DNA of 64,000 nucleotides from Acidobacteriota bacterium (GTDB lineage: Bacteria; Acidobacteriota; UBA6911; RPQK01; JADFOI01). Each line of letters opens with the position of its first letter. The stretch's first letter is position 1. Positions 43,660 through 54,156 of the stretch are shown in pieces. The stretch spans positions 2,368,001-2,432,000 of the forward strand of contig OY760074.1 in assembly GCA_963663035.1 (NCBI GenBank). The letters run 5' to 3'. Below the pieces are notes generated by a model, which saw only the letters and a program-made list of their open reading frames with translations, was not told the origin of the DNA and did no database searches. Both the position numbers and the translations under genes were made by a program.

Positions 43660-43848
43660 ATTCTCTACTGCAGCGACGAAATCATCCGCCCTGCCCTGCG
43701 TTGCGCGACCCGCAAGCGGGTACCCCTCGCCTCCTCAGCGTACTCAAGAGTACGTTTGCGGGGGCCGACCCGTGGCGGGTACCCCTCGCGCGCCTTGTCA
43801 AGTCGGCGCTTTCGTCGCTTCGTGACAAGAACCTATGCATAATCCGAG
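43644..43848. mobile_element. MITE-like element family A, copy 1
   Basis: Terminal IR CTCGGATTATGCATA...TATGCATAATCCGAG; homologous copies at 48724 and 56923. Confidence 0.8.
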
Positions 43849-45099
43849 CTATCTGACTGAGGTGGACTCTGACCTCTCTCTGCTCTCCCCTTTAAAATAA
43901 GGATGAATCCTCTCCACTACCGTGTCCCAGGAAAAGCGGCTGACACACTTTTGTTGACCCTGCAGACCCATCTCTACTCTGTTGTCACGATTATCTAGAA
44001 GCTCCTGGATGGCGGAAGCCAGCGCCTTAGAATCCCCAAAGGGAACAAGCAGACCATCACCTCCCGGCTCGATCAATTCCCGCATGACAGCTGTATCCGC
44101 CACAATGACGGGCTTGGCATTGGCCCAGGCTTCCAGACAAACCAGCCCCAGGGATTCGACGCGTGAGGGCTGCACCAACACGCTGGAGGCAGCGAGCAGA
44201 TCACGTTTCTCTTCATGACTGACCGGACCCAGGTTGAGCAGGCGATCGAATTTTGAATCGGAGGCTCCAAGGTATTCGTCAAATGAAAGCGAACTCGGAC
44301 CCGCCAGCACCAACCAGGCTTGAGATCCTTCACGCCAGAGACGCTTCATCGAGTCGACAACGCAGATGCTTCCCTTGTCAAGAGCCTTCATTCCCAGATG
44401 AAGAACGATGGGGTCTTGCACCCCGTGCTTTGTTCTAAAGGCCTGGGAGTTTCCATTACTGACCTCTACAGGGTCGATCCCAGCTCCAGTGAGGACGGTC
44501 TTGTGGGGAGAGAGTCCCAGTCCTATCAGGCGCTGTCTTTCCACCTCCGTGAGTGCAAGCACGAAGTTGCACTGGTTCAGCATGGCGATCTGAAACTTCT
44601 GGGTGTAGTGGCGCGAAATCTCCTCGTTGGTGTCTTCCCCGAAGTGAGTGCAGGGAGTCGAAAGCACTGGGATGCCCCGGCGCCGTGCTTCCCAGATACC
44701 GTCGTACATGAGGCGGTTGTAGGGCAGAGATCCAACGTGGATCAGGTCCACAGGTGCTTTGCTCAGCGCCTCCCGTAATCCAATCACGCGAAAGCTAGGC
44801 GGGGCAAACTGTGCCTTCAATCTCCATTGGGGCAGGAGTGCCAGCAGGCGGCCGGCCCGTCGACGCCAGCGTCGATGGCAAATGGGAAACCGGTAGATAT
44901 CAATTCCATCAAGACTTTCCCGGCCTGCCGGCAAACTACGGGGACCATCAATCCAAAAATACTCCAGATCAAAAGCATTGGTGGTAAAAATCGCGACCGT
45001 GTTCCCGGCCGACTTGAGGCTGCGAGCGAGCTCCAGAACGTAGTTTTCGTACCCCCCCGGATAGGGGTAGAAGCGAGGCACTACAAAAACGATGTGCAT
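43849..45099 (-). CDS. Glycosyltransferase family 4
   Basis: GGYE, PSRVESLGLVCLEAWA, GLLV, FSW. Confidence 0.9.
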   Translation of the reverse strand: MHIVFVVPRFYPYPGGYENYVLELARSLKSAGNTVAIFTTNAFDLEYFWIDGPRSLPAGRESLDGIDIYRFPICHRRWRRRAGRLLALLPQWRLKAQFAPPSFRVIGLREALSKAPVDLIHVGSLPYNRLMYDGIWEARRRGIPVLSTPCTHFGEDTNEEISRHYTQKFQIAMLNQCNFVLALTEVERQRLIGLGLSPHKTVLTGAGIDPVEVSNGNSQAFRTKHGVQDPIVLHLGMKALDKGSICVVDSMKRLWREGSQAWLVLAGPSSLSFDEYLGASDSKFDRLLNLGPVSHEEKRDLLAASSVLVQPSRVESLGLVCLEAWANAKPVIVADTAVMRELIEPGGDGLLVPFGDSKALASAIQELLDNRDNRVEMGLQGQQKCVSRFSWDTVVERIHPYFKGESRERSESTSVR

Positions 45100-45646
45100 C
45101 TCAAACCGCGAAATTCATTTCTGACGAGAACCCGAAAGGAGAGCATATACAGGCAAAGGAAGGGCAATTGATATCACTGAAAATAGGGCCTGTCAATAAA
45201 CGGGCACATGAAAAGATCGCTCTATGAAAGGCTCAGCAAACCCAGTACGCCTTCAGCAGCAAGGAGAGTCTCTTGGAATAAGGTCAGGGAAAGCACTCGG
45301 CAGATTCTGAAGGTTTCAAGCGGCACATTGAGTGAGTTGAGCACAAGACAGTCGTGTATAAGTTCGTCAAAGGTACCAGAGAAACTGCAAGACTTAGCCT
45401 TTTTTGAGGGGGTCTACAGAAAGATCCGCAAACAAGGTAACTATCAAGGCGAAAATCAGCCCCTTCTTTCGTATTTCATCGATTACGATCACTTGAAAGG
45501 AAAAAGCTGTGACAGAAATTCGCGGTGATTCACCGGCAAGAATCCCACTCTTACCTATAAAAGCTAGGCTGCGTAGGGCACTCTCCCTGCTCTTCTAACC
45601 CACACACAAGTGGGGCAAGTAGATCCGACAGAAGCAGGATTTATCA

Positions 45647-45674
45647 TTGACAAGAAAAACCATTTGGGTATAAT
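45647..45674 (+). promoter_or_regulatory. Consensus sigma70 promoter
   Basis: TTGACA-16 bp-TATAAT. Confidence 0.8.
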
Positions 45675-45714
45675 TCAACTATTGAATTCAATAATTGAAT
45701 TCAATAGTTGAATT
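45672..45714. promoter_or_regulatory. 43-bp palindromic operator
   Basis: AATTCAACTATTGAATTCAAT-A-ATTGAATTCAATAGTTGAATT, perfect 21-bp arms overlapping the -10/TSS. Confidence 0.7.
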
Positions 45715-45930
45715 GTGATTTTATGTGAATGATCAAGTGAAAGTGACCCACCGTGATCACGGAATAATGACCCGCCCCCCCCAACCAGTCTTTTTTCTTT
45801 CAAATGCCTCTCACCCAGATACTGGGAGGCTTTGAAAGAAAAGAACAGTCGGGTCACTATTGCGTTATCAAACCTGCCCAAATTGGGTCACATTTGCGTT
45901 AGCGAAATTATTCAGTAGAAAAGATGGACG

Positions 45931-46431
45931 ATGGTTTCCGAAAAGCAGCATGAACTTGAGTTGCTAGAAGCCCTGGAGAAAGAGCCCGAAACCAGTCAGG
46001 CGGACCTGGCCGTTAAGGTCGGGGTGGCGGTGGGAACGGTGAACTGGTATCTGAAGCGCTGGGCCGCAAAGGGCTATGTGAAGATCAAACGAATTGGACG
46101 GTGGCGGTGGCGTTATCTGCTGACTCCGCAAGGAGTGGCAGAAAAGGCACGGCTGGTTGGTGAGTATATGGAGGCCTCACTTGCCCTCTACCGACGAACG
46201 CGAGCAGAAGCCCAAAGTCTCCTGCGCCAAGTAAAATCTGCAGGATATAGCGAAGTAACAATTACGGGGAGCGGTGACATCGCTGAAATAGCTGAGTTGA
46301 CGTGCCTGGAACTGGGTTTACGCGTGCTCCCCAAATCGGAAGGCAAGCTTCTCCCCGTGCTACAGGTGAAGGATACGAAACTGGAGCTCATTTGGAGTCC
46401 TGACTTGGGGAAAGAATCGAAAACACAATAG
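45931..46431 (+). CDS. MarR-type winged-helix regulator (EPS-locus-associated type)
   Basis: SQADLAVKVGVAVGTVNWYLKR...KGYVK...YLLTPQG.AEKARL. Confidence 0.85.
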   Translation: MVSEKQHELELLEALEKEPETSQADLAVKVGVAVGTVNWYLKRWAAKGYVKIKRIGRWRWRYLLTPQGVAEKARLVGEYMEASLALYRRTRAEAQSLLRQVKSAGYSEVTITGSGDIAEIAELTCLELGLRVLPKSEGKLLPVLQVKDTKLELIWSPDLGKESKTQ

Positions 46432-46782
46432 TCTCTTCGTCCCTTTTCTGAAGAGAGACTGGGTTAGGTCACACAAGGGCCCACACCCCCTTTTCGGCAG
46501 ATGCACAAGGCCTGTTGCAAAAGGGTTCTGTAAGTGACGGGTGCGAAGCATACCTACTGAAGCTTCTTTAAAGGACACTACGATAAGGAAGTACAAAATC
46601 ACTATTGGGTGATCAGCGACTGTGAAAATCCTCGCCAGCAGAAAAATAAATGTAGTTGAACAGTGCATTGGAGTTCCTCTAATTTACCTGGACTTTTTAT
46701 TGAAGAATTACAGTAGGCCCGAGGTGGAAGGGTCTTAGAGTAAGCTGGCTGACTGCGCTCGAAGCAGAGAGAGGAACCTTAC

Positions 46783-47018
46783 ATGAGTAGCTTCAGGGCA
46801 GATGATTCAGAGTTTTATGATTTCGAGTATTTCCTCTCCCTGGAATATCGTTATTTCTCACGTGCCCATCGCAGTCGGGTTAGAAATCTCCTGGAGTTTA
46901 TGGGAGACGTCAAAGGAAAGAAGATTTTAGACATGGGGGGAGGGGGAGGTTTTATTGCCTACATGCTGTCCGATCGGGGAGCCCACGTATGTTTGGCTGA
47001 CTTCTCCGAAGCTGCAGT
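46783..47018 (+). pseudogene. SAM-dependent methyltransferase, N-terminal fragment
   Basis: KILDMGGGGG motif I; cut by the IS3 end at 47019. Confidence 0.8.
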
Positions 47019-47047
47019 TGACCTGCCCCCACGAACGAGTCCACCCT

Positions 47048-47953
47048 CTATGCTAGACCCGGGACCATTTGAAGTCCACTCCAAGGGATTGGATCCAGTG
47101 CCTGCGACCTAGGTAGTTTGGCCTCTGGCGCCGGCGGCCGATAGGCCAAGGCGCTGTGAGGCCGGATCTGATTGTAATCCCTCCGCCAGCGTTCTACCAA
47201 CACCTTGGCTTCCCCCAGCGTGTCGAAGATCTCCATGTTCAGCAGCTCATCCCGTAGTTTCCCGTTGAAACTCTCAATGTACCCATTCTCCCAGGGGCTG
47301 CCCGGCTCGATGTACAAGGTCCTTACCCCAACAGCCTGCAGCCAGTCCCGGACCGCCTGTGCCGTAAACTCCGATCCGTTATCGGACCGGATAAACTCAG
47401 GCACTCCCCGATCAACGAATAACTCCGCCAGCCGGTCCAACACGTCTTGGTGATTCATCTGCCGTTTCACATCAATGGCGAGGCACTCTCTGGTGTACTC
47501 ATCCAGGATCGTCAATAGCCGAAAGGCTCGCCCATCATGGGTCCGTTCATGCACGAAATCATAGCTCCAGACGTGGTTCTTGCGAGCCGCTCGTAACCGA
47601 ACACAGGAACCGTCATTAAGCCACAGCCTCCTTCGTTTCGGCTGTCTGGACGGGACTTTCAGCCCTTCTTGTCTCCACAGCCTCTCCACCCGCTTAGGAT
47701 TCACCTTCCACCCTTCCCCATGAAGTATCGCCGTGACCCGCCGGTAGCCATAACGCCCGTATTGCGTAGCCAACTCCACCATCCGGGCCACCAATCGGGC
47801 CTCATCATCGGGAATTTGCCTTTCCCTTCGCTGGGTCGATCGAACCTGTCCCAGCACTTGGCAGGCCCGACGTTCGGAGACTCGCTCTGCTCCTAATCGC
47901 TCTCGTACCCACATCACCGCTCGTCTCCTGTTCGCCGGGCCTAGAAGTTTCCC
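47048..47953 (-). CDS. IS3 OrfB (DDE)
   Basis: Translation identical to copy 1. Confidence 0.92.
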   Translation of the reverse strand, partial: GKLLGPANRRRAVMWVRERLGAERVSERRACQVLGQVRSTQRRERQIPDDEARLVARMVELATQYGRYGYRRVTAILHGEGWKVNPKRVERLWRQEGLKVPSRQPKRRRLWLNDGSCVRLRAARKNHVWSYDFVHERTHDGRAFRLLTILDEYTRECLAIDVKRQMNHQDVLDRLAELFVDRGVPEFIRSDNGSEFTAQAVRDWLQAVGVRTLYIEPGSPWENGYIESFNGKLRDELLNMEIFDTLGEAKVLVERWRRDYNQIRPHSALAYRPPAPEAKLPRSQALDPIPWSGLQMVPGLA

Positions 47954-48219
47954 GAGGACACTTCCTTCAGGATCTGCTTGTCCAAAGACAGATCCGCCAC
48001 CAGCTTCTTCAACCGGGTATTCTCCTTCTCCAACACCTTCAACCTCTTGGCCTGGTCCAACCGGAGCCCTCCGTACTCTTTGCGCCACCGGTAGTAGGTC
48101 TGCTCGCTCACCCCCATCTGCTTCGACACCTGTCCCACCCTCTGTCCTTGGGCCAGACCCACCTCTGCCTCACGCAGCTTCATGATGATCTGTTCTGCCC
48201 TAAACCGCTTCCCTGCCAT
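47941..48219 (-). CDS. IS3 OrfA
   Basis: Translation identical to copy 1. Confidence 0.92.
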   Translation of the reverse strand: MAGKRFRAEQIIMKLREAEVGLAQGQRVGQVSKQMGVSEQTYYRWRKEYGGLRLDQAKRLKVLEKENTRLKKLVADLSLDKQILKEVSSGNF

Positions 48220-48273
48220 CCTTGCCTCCTTCCTAAACCGGAAATCCTAACATTCAAACTGGACTCGTTTTAG

Positions 48274-48723
<450 letters not shown>

Positions 48724-48979
48724 CCCGGATTATGCATAGGTTCTCGTCACGAAGCAGCGAAAGCGCCGGAAAACAGAGCCGGGGGCTTTAGCCCACGGGC
48801 CCGCAGGCTAAAGCCTGCGGCTCCGACTGGCGCACGAGGGGTACCCGCCACGGGTCAGCCCCCGCAAACGTACTCTTGAGTACGTTGGGAAGGCCGAGGG
48901 GTACCCGCTTGCGGGTCGCGCAACGCTGGCAGGGCGGATGATCTCGCTGCTGCAGTAGAGAACTTATGCATATTCCGGG
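48724..48979. mobile_element. MITE-like family A, copy 2 (with nested REP pair)
   Basis: CCCGGATTATGCATA...TATGCATATTCCGGG ends; extra palindromes at 48775-48824. Confidence 0.8.
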
Positions 48980-48980
48980 C

Positions 48981-49679
48981 TTAAGGCCGATGATTATTTG
49001 AGCCACTCCAGCCAAATCGTTTTCTGAAGAGAAAAATAAGATTGTTCCAGCCATCTCTCCACAGATCCAATTTCTTTTCGCCGGCCCGATTCGAAAAGTT
49101 GATGGGAATTTCCTTGAACCCGATCTCCCGATTTCGGAGTGCCTCGATCTTGATCTCTTCTGAGAAAGCCATAGCGTCGCTGCGAAGATCCATTTTCTTC
49201 AGTGCATCCTTGTAAAAGACCCACATGCCGGATTGGGAATCGCGAATCCTCCGAAGATAGAGCAGAGACATAATCAGGCTGATGATCTTGTTCCCGGCAA
49301 AGTTCTTGAAGGCCATGGCGTCCGGATTCTGAATGGGGAAACGGGAGGCGGAGATAAAACCCACCTTTGAGTTCAATAACGCTTCCAGCAGATAGGAAAG
49401 AGCATCAATCGGATAAGAGTGATCTCCGTCCAGTGTGACGATCACATCTCCCTGAGCCTTTAGCAACCCCGTCTTATAGGCTCTTCCATAACCTCGAACC
49501 CTCTCCTGGATCACCGTCGCACCCATTCTCCTGGCAATTTCCGCCGTTCCGTCAGTCGAATCATTGTCCACCACAATCACCTCGTCGACAAATTTGGGTA
49601 CGCGGGCCAGGACCTGTTGAATGCCCTCTTCCTCGTTAAGGCAAGGGACGACGACGGTAATCTTGCGGTCTCTATACAT
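48981..49679 (-). CDS. Glycosyltransferase family 2 (DPM-synthase-like)
   Basis: VVVPCLNEE, VVDNDSTD, GYGRA, TLDGD, DSQSG; start MYRDRKI inferred. Confidence 0.88.
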   Translation of the reverse strand: MYRDRKITVVVPCLNEEEGIQQVLARVPKFVDEVIVVDNDSTDGTAEIARRMGATVIQERVRGYGRAYKTGLLKAQGDVIVTLDGDHSYPIDALSYLLEALLNSKVGFISASRFPIQNPDAMAFKNFAGNKIISLIMSLLYLRRIRDSQSGMWVFYKDALKKMDLRSDAMAFSEEIKIEALRNREIGFKEIPINFSNRAGEKKLDLWRDGWNNLIFLFRKRFGWSGSNNHRP

Positions 49680-49794
49680 GGTTAAGAGCGGCCAACCCAC
49701 ATTCGTGAGGATTATAGGGTGGTTGGGTAGGTTGGGAAACCGGTTTCTCTTTTCTTTTGCGAAGGAAACACCCATATCGATATTCTGTCGGTGA

Positions 49795-50469
49795 ATGAAA
49801 CGAAGACGGTCGCGCACCTTTCTCTATCTCGGCCTGGGACTCATGGGGTTCATCGTCCTGGCTTATCTTGCTCACCCGATCATTTTGCGCAGTTTTGGTG
49901 AGTTCCTTGTGCTGGAAGACACCTTGCAAGCAGCTGAAGCGATTGTTGTTCTCAATGGTGGCGCACCATTGAGGGTGTTAGAAGCAGTACGGCTTTACGA
50001 AGATGGCTGGGCGCCAAAGATCATTTTGAGTCAATCTCTCAGAAGAGGGGACTTTTACGCTTTTGAGGCGCTGGGCATTAAGATTTTACAAGAGCACGAG
50101 TATGACCGAGAGGCGCTGTTGCGAAGTGGCGTGCCGGATCACGACATTATGATCATTGAGGAGGAGGCTGCCAACACCCTCGCTGAGCTAAGGACGCTTC
50201 TTCGTACTTTACAGCCTCCAGAAGACGCGACCTTCATCGTGGTAACCTCCAATTATCACACCCGTCGGACAGCTGCCATCTGGAACTACTTGACCGATGG
50301 GCGAGTCAAAGGGCTCGTCCGCTGGACCAGGAGCGATCCATCATTTGATCCAGCAACATGGTGGAAACACCGTCAGTCCATCAAACACCTGGTCAATGAG
50401 TATATGGGTCTGATCAACTACTGGTTGGGCTTCCCCCTGGGGATTGCAGTTTGGTCTTTCGGGTCTTAG
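49795..50469 (+). CDS. YdcF/DUF218-family protein
   Basis: N-terminal TM, IVVLNGG, EEEAANT, VVTSNYHTRR. Confidence 0.85.
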   Translation: MKRRRSRTFLYLGLGLMGFIVLAYLAHPIILRSFGEFLVLEDTLQAAEAIVVLNGGAPLRVLEAVRLYEDGWAPKIILSQSLRRGDFYAFEALGIKILQEHEYDREALLRSGVPDHDIMIIEEEAANTLAELRTLLRTLQPPEDATFIVVTSNYHTRRTAAIWNYLTDGRVKGLVRWTRSDPSFDPATWWKHRQSIKHLVNEYMGLINYWLGFPLGIAVWSFGS

Positions 50470-50737
50470 TGCTCCCTTCCATAAATACGATGATGTTTGC
50501 GGAGGGGGCTTGCCAGGCGAGGTCGCGAAGGGAGGAGGAGGCGATGCAGGGACATCGACGACGACGAGAGACAAAGAGATCTCCCGCAACCCCCCTCCGC
50601 CCACAGGGTTGCGGCTCTGCGCCCCATCTTCCTCGTTGCTCCTCCTCGCCGATCTCCCGTATCGACTCGTCGGAGCGCCTTGAATCCGGGGGCGCAGCGC
50701 TCGCAACAAATATCATTGTATTTATGGAAGTGAGCAC
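50469..50737. mobile_element. MITE-like element family B (TA-flanked, IS630-like ends)
   Basis: ~31-bp imperfect terminal IR GTGCTCCCTTCCATAAATACGATGATGTTTG / CAAATATCATTGTATTTATGGAAGTGAGCAC; single copy in window. Confidence 0.65.
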
Positions 50738-50880
50738 ATAGACACGGACTGGATTCAGAACAGCTGGATGCAACTTTCGTCCCTTTTCGCCATCTTTTAT
50801 TTTTGCCTTTGAGCAAAGAGACTGATATCTTGTAGGCGCTGTGATGGCGGGGAAATCTAAGTTGTGTTCGGCCATCTTCA

Positions 50881-51471
50881 ATGTCTGCAGAAATCAGCCA
50901 AAGCGTGCTTGAGGAGACGGTCAGAAGGGCTCAAACTGGCTCTTCCGAAGATTTCCACAAGCTCTACGACCTTTTCTCAAAGCCGATTTACAACTTTATC
51001 TGGCGGTTAATCGGTTCCACTCACGACGCGGAAGACCTGACTCAGGAAACGTTCTTGAAGGTCCACCGAGAGATAAAGAACCTTCGACAGCCAGGACAGT
51101 TTAAGTTTTGGCTGTACCGGATCGCGCGAAATGAAGTTTATCAGAAGCTGCGGCGCTCAAAGAGGGCATCCGAGGTCTTGCTGGACCACAAAAGCATCGA
51201 TTACTTTGACTTTATTCCCCATGGGTCGCCTGACATCAATCCTGAGAAGCGGGCACTCTCTCAGGAGCTCAATAAGGTCATCGATCGGACATTGAAAGCC
51301 ATGTCGCCTAAATATCGTGACGTCTTCGTGCTGGCAGTCTTCCATAAGATGAGCTACGAAGACATTACCCTGATCGTCGACCGGTCACTGCTCTCCGTCA
51401 AGACGGATATCTATCGAGCACGCCTCACCGTCAAAGATGCCTTGAATGAGTACTTGGGGGAAAGAAGCTAG
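50881..51471 (+). CDS. ECF sigma factor
   Basis: DAEDLTQETFLK, FKFWLYRIARN, SVKTDIYRAR. Confidence 0.92.
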   Translation: MSAEISQSVLEETVRRAQTGSSEDFHKLYDLFSKPIYNFIWRLIGSTHDAEDLTQETFLKVHREIKNLRQPGQFKFWLYRIARNEVYQKLRRSKRASEVLLDHKSIDYFDFIPHGSPDINPEKRALSQELNKVIDRTLKAMSPKYRDVFVLAVFHKMSYEDITLIVDRSLLSVKTDIYRARLTVKDALNEYLGERS

Positions 51472-51485
51472 AGGAGGAGGGAGTT

Positions 51486-51776
51486 ATGGATTGTGACGAG
51501 GTAAGGGTTCAGATTTCCGATCTTGTGGATGATGACCAGGAATTTCAACAGGCTAAGGTCATTCACGATCACCTGGCATCGTGCTCCCCTTGTACTCAAT
51601 TCTATGAGGAAAAATTAAAGGTGGCCAGCTTGCTGAAAGAAGCAGAGAATTTCCAGCTGGAGCCACCGCCCGCAATCTGGCAAATGATTGACTCCAAGAT
51701 CAGCAACAAGCCAAACACATCCCCTAAGAGAGACAGCCTTCAGAATCAGGGGAGTCCCGAAGAGACGAGCGATTAG
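51486..51776 (+). CDS. Zinc-finger (HxxxCxxC) anti-sigma factor
   Basis: MDCDEV...HLASCSPC directly after the ECF gene. Confidence 0.85.
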   Translation: MDCDEVRVQISDLVDDDQEFQQAKVIHDHLASCSPCTQFYEEKLKVASLLKEAENFQLEPPPAIWQMIDSKISNKPNTSPKRDSLQNQGSPEETSD

Positions 51777-51810
51777 ATTCTAACTTCTGGATTCTGGATT
51801 CCCTCCGACC

Positions 51811-54117
51811 TTACTGCCCTTCCTGCTCCTGCGCTCTGCGCTCCTGGATCAACTCGGTTTCTTCCGCTTCTTTTCGGTTGATGAAATCGTATGAATTGCG
51901 GAGCGCCCTTTTGAAGTCCTGGGTCAGTTCCGTAGCGGTGGGCAGATTGCGGATGACGTGGGGGGTGATGAAGAAAATCAGCTCCGCTCGTCGCTTGTTG
52001 CGGGTTGTCTGTCCAAAGAGAGCACCCAGAATCGGTATATCCCCCAAAATGGGAACGCGATTGCGCGCCTCATCAAATTGGTCGCTGATAATACCGGCAA
52101 GGGCCACCGTCTGACCATCGCGGACAATTAAGGATGTGGTAATGAAATTCCGGTTGATGGTGGGCGTCAGTGACGCTCCGGTGGCTGAGCTGACTTCAAT
52201 CGCCAGGTCCATAGTCACGATCCCACTGGCGCTGATTCTGGGCATGATCAGAAGGGTCACACCGGTAGGCCGGAATTGAATCGAGTTGACGAAATTAGTT
52301 GAGGACCCGGCCTGCAGCGGATCTCCAAAAGATGCCGTTGTGACCGGCACCTCGGCACCAATGTTGATCTGTGCCTGGACTCCATCCAGAGCCAGGATCC
52401 GCGGTGCTTCCAGAAGTTCGACTTTGGTCACCGCACTGAGGGCGGTAATGATCCCTGTTATCTGCCGCTCTGAGCCCAGGAATGCCCGACTGCCGAGCGT
52501 AAAGGCGCCTTCCGAGGAGATCGACCCTATGGTGGCGGGACCAGGGTCCTCCGCTCTCGCTTCCAGGAAAGCCGACACACCAAAACTGAGGTCATCGCGA
52601 AGCTCTACCGAATACATCTTGGCCTCGATGAGAACCTGCCGGGGAAGGACATCCAACTGCCTGATGGTCTGGAGAAGAAACTGATACTCCGCTTCAGTGC
52701 CCTGGATGATCAGTGAGTTGTTGAACTCATTGACGATAATCTTGATGTTTCCGCTCACCACTGCTCGAATATTGGACTGACTCGACATGGGCCGACCACT
52801 CAGAGAAGGTCCTAAATCAGCGCTTCGATATGCTCCCTGAAGCTGTTGCTGAGTGGAGGGCACGAATCCCGCTTCACCGGCTCGACTGCCTGGTTGTAGG
52901 GATTGACCTTCCTGGACTCCTCCTTCAGCCAAAGCTGAAAGACCGGCACCATCCTCGTACAACTGGGACAGAATGCTGGCAATATTGGTGGCGGTATTGT
53001 TTTCAACCAGGTAGACGAAGGTCTTGATGTTGGTACCGGAGGAAGGTATATCCAGTTTCTCGATCCACCTTTGCACTTCCTGGAAAACATCGGGCGAACG
53101 AGTCACCACCAGGATGCTGTTCAACCTTTCGATGGTGACAAGACGCACCCCGGCGGGGGCGCCGGGAACGAAGATGTGGCCAAGATCCGCAGCCACATCC
53201 CCCGCCTGGTTAAAGCGGATGGGAACCAGATCCACGGTCGTAATATCGAAGTACTCGGTATCCAGTAGCTCAATCAGCTTGAGAGCCTGCTGTACGTTTT
53301 GCCGGAAGTCGGTGACAATGAGAATATTGGCAGAAGCATAATTGATGACGCTTGCCCCATTGGAGATAAAGGGCGTAATCATGGTTATCATCTCGCTGGT
53401 AGGGATGTGGTGCAGGGTAATGACGTAGGTCAGGACGCCTTCCTCCTGCAGTTCTCCCGGGCCCGGTTCCTGCGGAGAGCTCAGTGTGGACACCACCGGC
53501 TCCGGTTCCGAGGACGCTTGCTGGGCCGGTTGTGGGGCGGGCTGCAGCTGGCTAGAGCCCGGTGCTACCGGAGGCTGAGCCGCCCCTTCCTGTGGCTCTG
53601 TAGTGACTTCGGGATTAACGATCACCTCATGGGGAATCTTCGTCGTCAGTGGGAGGGGTAAGATCACATACATTCCATCCTGCCTGACTATCCCATGCCC
53701 ATTCATTTGCAGCAGCTGTTCCAAGATCTCAAAGGCATTCTCCCTTGGAATCTCACCCATGGTATGAATGCTGGCCGTTCCCTGGACCCGTGGGTCGATG
53801 ATATAGGAGTATCCCAACTCCTCCATGACTGTCTCGATGAGGGTGGTGAGGGGAACGTTGTTGAAGCGGAAGACCAGGCCGTTTGAGGCAGGAGAGAGCA
53901 GAGGCTGAGAGGCTTGCACGGGAGGACTCTGGACCTCCTGGGCAGCTTCTTCTTCGAGGAGGCTCTCCTCCTCGGCTGATTCCAACTCCTCGGAAAGTTC
54001 TTCCTCTTCTGGAGGCTCTTGCTCTTGGGTGGAGATGACCGCAGCAAACAGGACACCAGGAACCTGAGCGGTGAGAAGAAAGATCAGGACAAGAAAAAAT
54101 GCTCGCATCATAATCAC
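51811..54117 (-). CDS. gspD: Type II secretion secretin
   Basis: N domains, QVLIEA, VPILGDIPILGALF, ELIFFITPHVI. Confidence 0.93.
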   Translation of the reverse strand: MIMMRAFFLVLIFLLTAQVPGVLFAAVISTQEQEPPEEEELSEELESAEEESLLEEEAAQEVQSPPVQASQPLLSPASNGLVFRFNNVPLTTLIETVMEELGYSYIIDPRVQGTASIHTMGEIPRENAFEILEQLLQMNGHGIVRQDGMYVILPLPLTTKIPHEVIVNPEVTTEPQEGAAQPPVAPGSSQLQPAPQPAQQASSEPEPVVSTLSSPQEPGPGELQEEGVLTYVITLHHIPTSEMITMITPFISNGASVINYASANILIVTDFRQNVQQALKLIELLDTEYFDITTVDLVPIRFNQAGDVAADLGHIFVPGAPAGVRLVTIERLNSILVVTRSPDVFQEVQRWIEKLDIPSSGTNIKTFVYLVENNTATNIASILSQLYEDGAGLSALAEGGVQEGQSLQPGSRAGEAGFVPSTQQQLQGAYRSADLGPSLSGRPMSSQSNIRAVVSGNIKIIVNEFNNSLIIQGTEAEYQFLLQTIRQLDVLPRQVLIEAKMYSVELRDDLSFGVSAFLEARAEDPGPATIGSISSEGAFTLGSRAFLGSERQITGIITALSAVTKVELLEAPRILALDGVQAQINIGAEVPVTTASFGDPLQAGSSTNFVNSIQFRPTGVTLLIMPRISASGIVTMDLAIEVSSATGASLTPTINRNFITTSLIVRDGQTVALAGIISDQFDEARNRVPILGDIPILGALFGQTTRNKRRAELIFFITPHVIRNLPTATELTQDFKRALRNSYDFINRKEAEETELIQERRAQEQEGQ

Positions 54118-54156
54118 TCTAAAAAGAACACATGTCAGTTCTCGAATTCCACACCC

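Noticed and set aside
45208-45528. 106-aa ORF as a real gene
   Set aside because: No recognisable motif or clear SD; lies in a divergent regulatory gap; cannot be supported
46460-46560. c-di-GMP-I riboswitch (GGTCACAC.AGGGC start)
   Set aside because: Lacks the GGCAAA / GACGCAAAG core and GNRA stem
50770-50795. Autoregulatory ECF promoter (GCAACTT...CATCT)
   Set aside because: Plausible but too degenerate to call without the sigma group consensus
50341-50881. Overlapping ORFs in several frames
   Set aside because: Explained by the GC-rich palindromic MITE-like element
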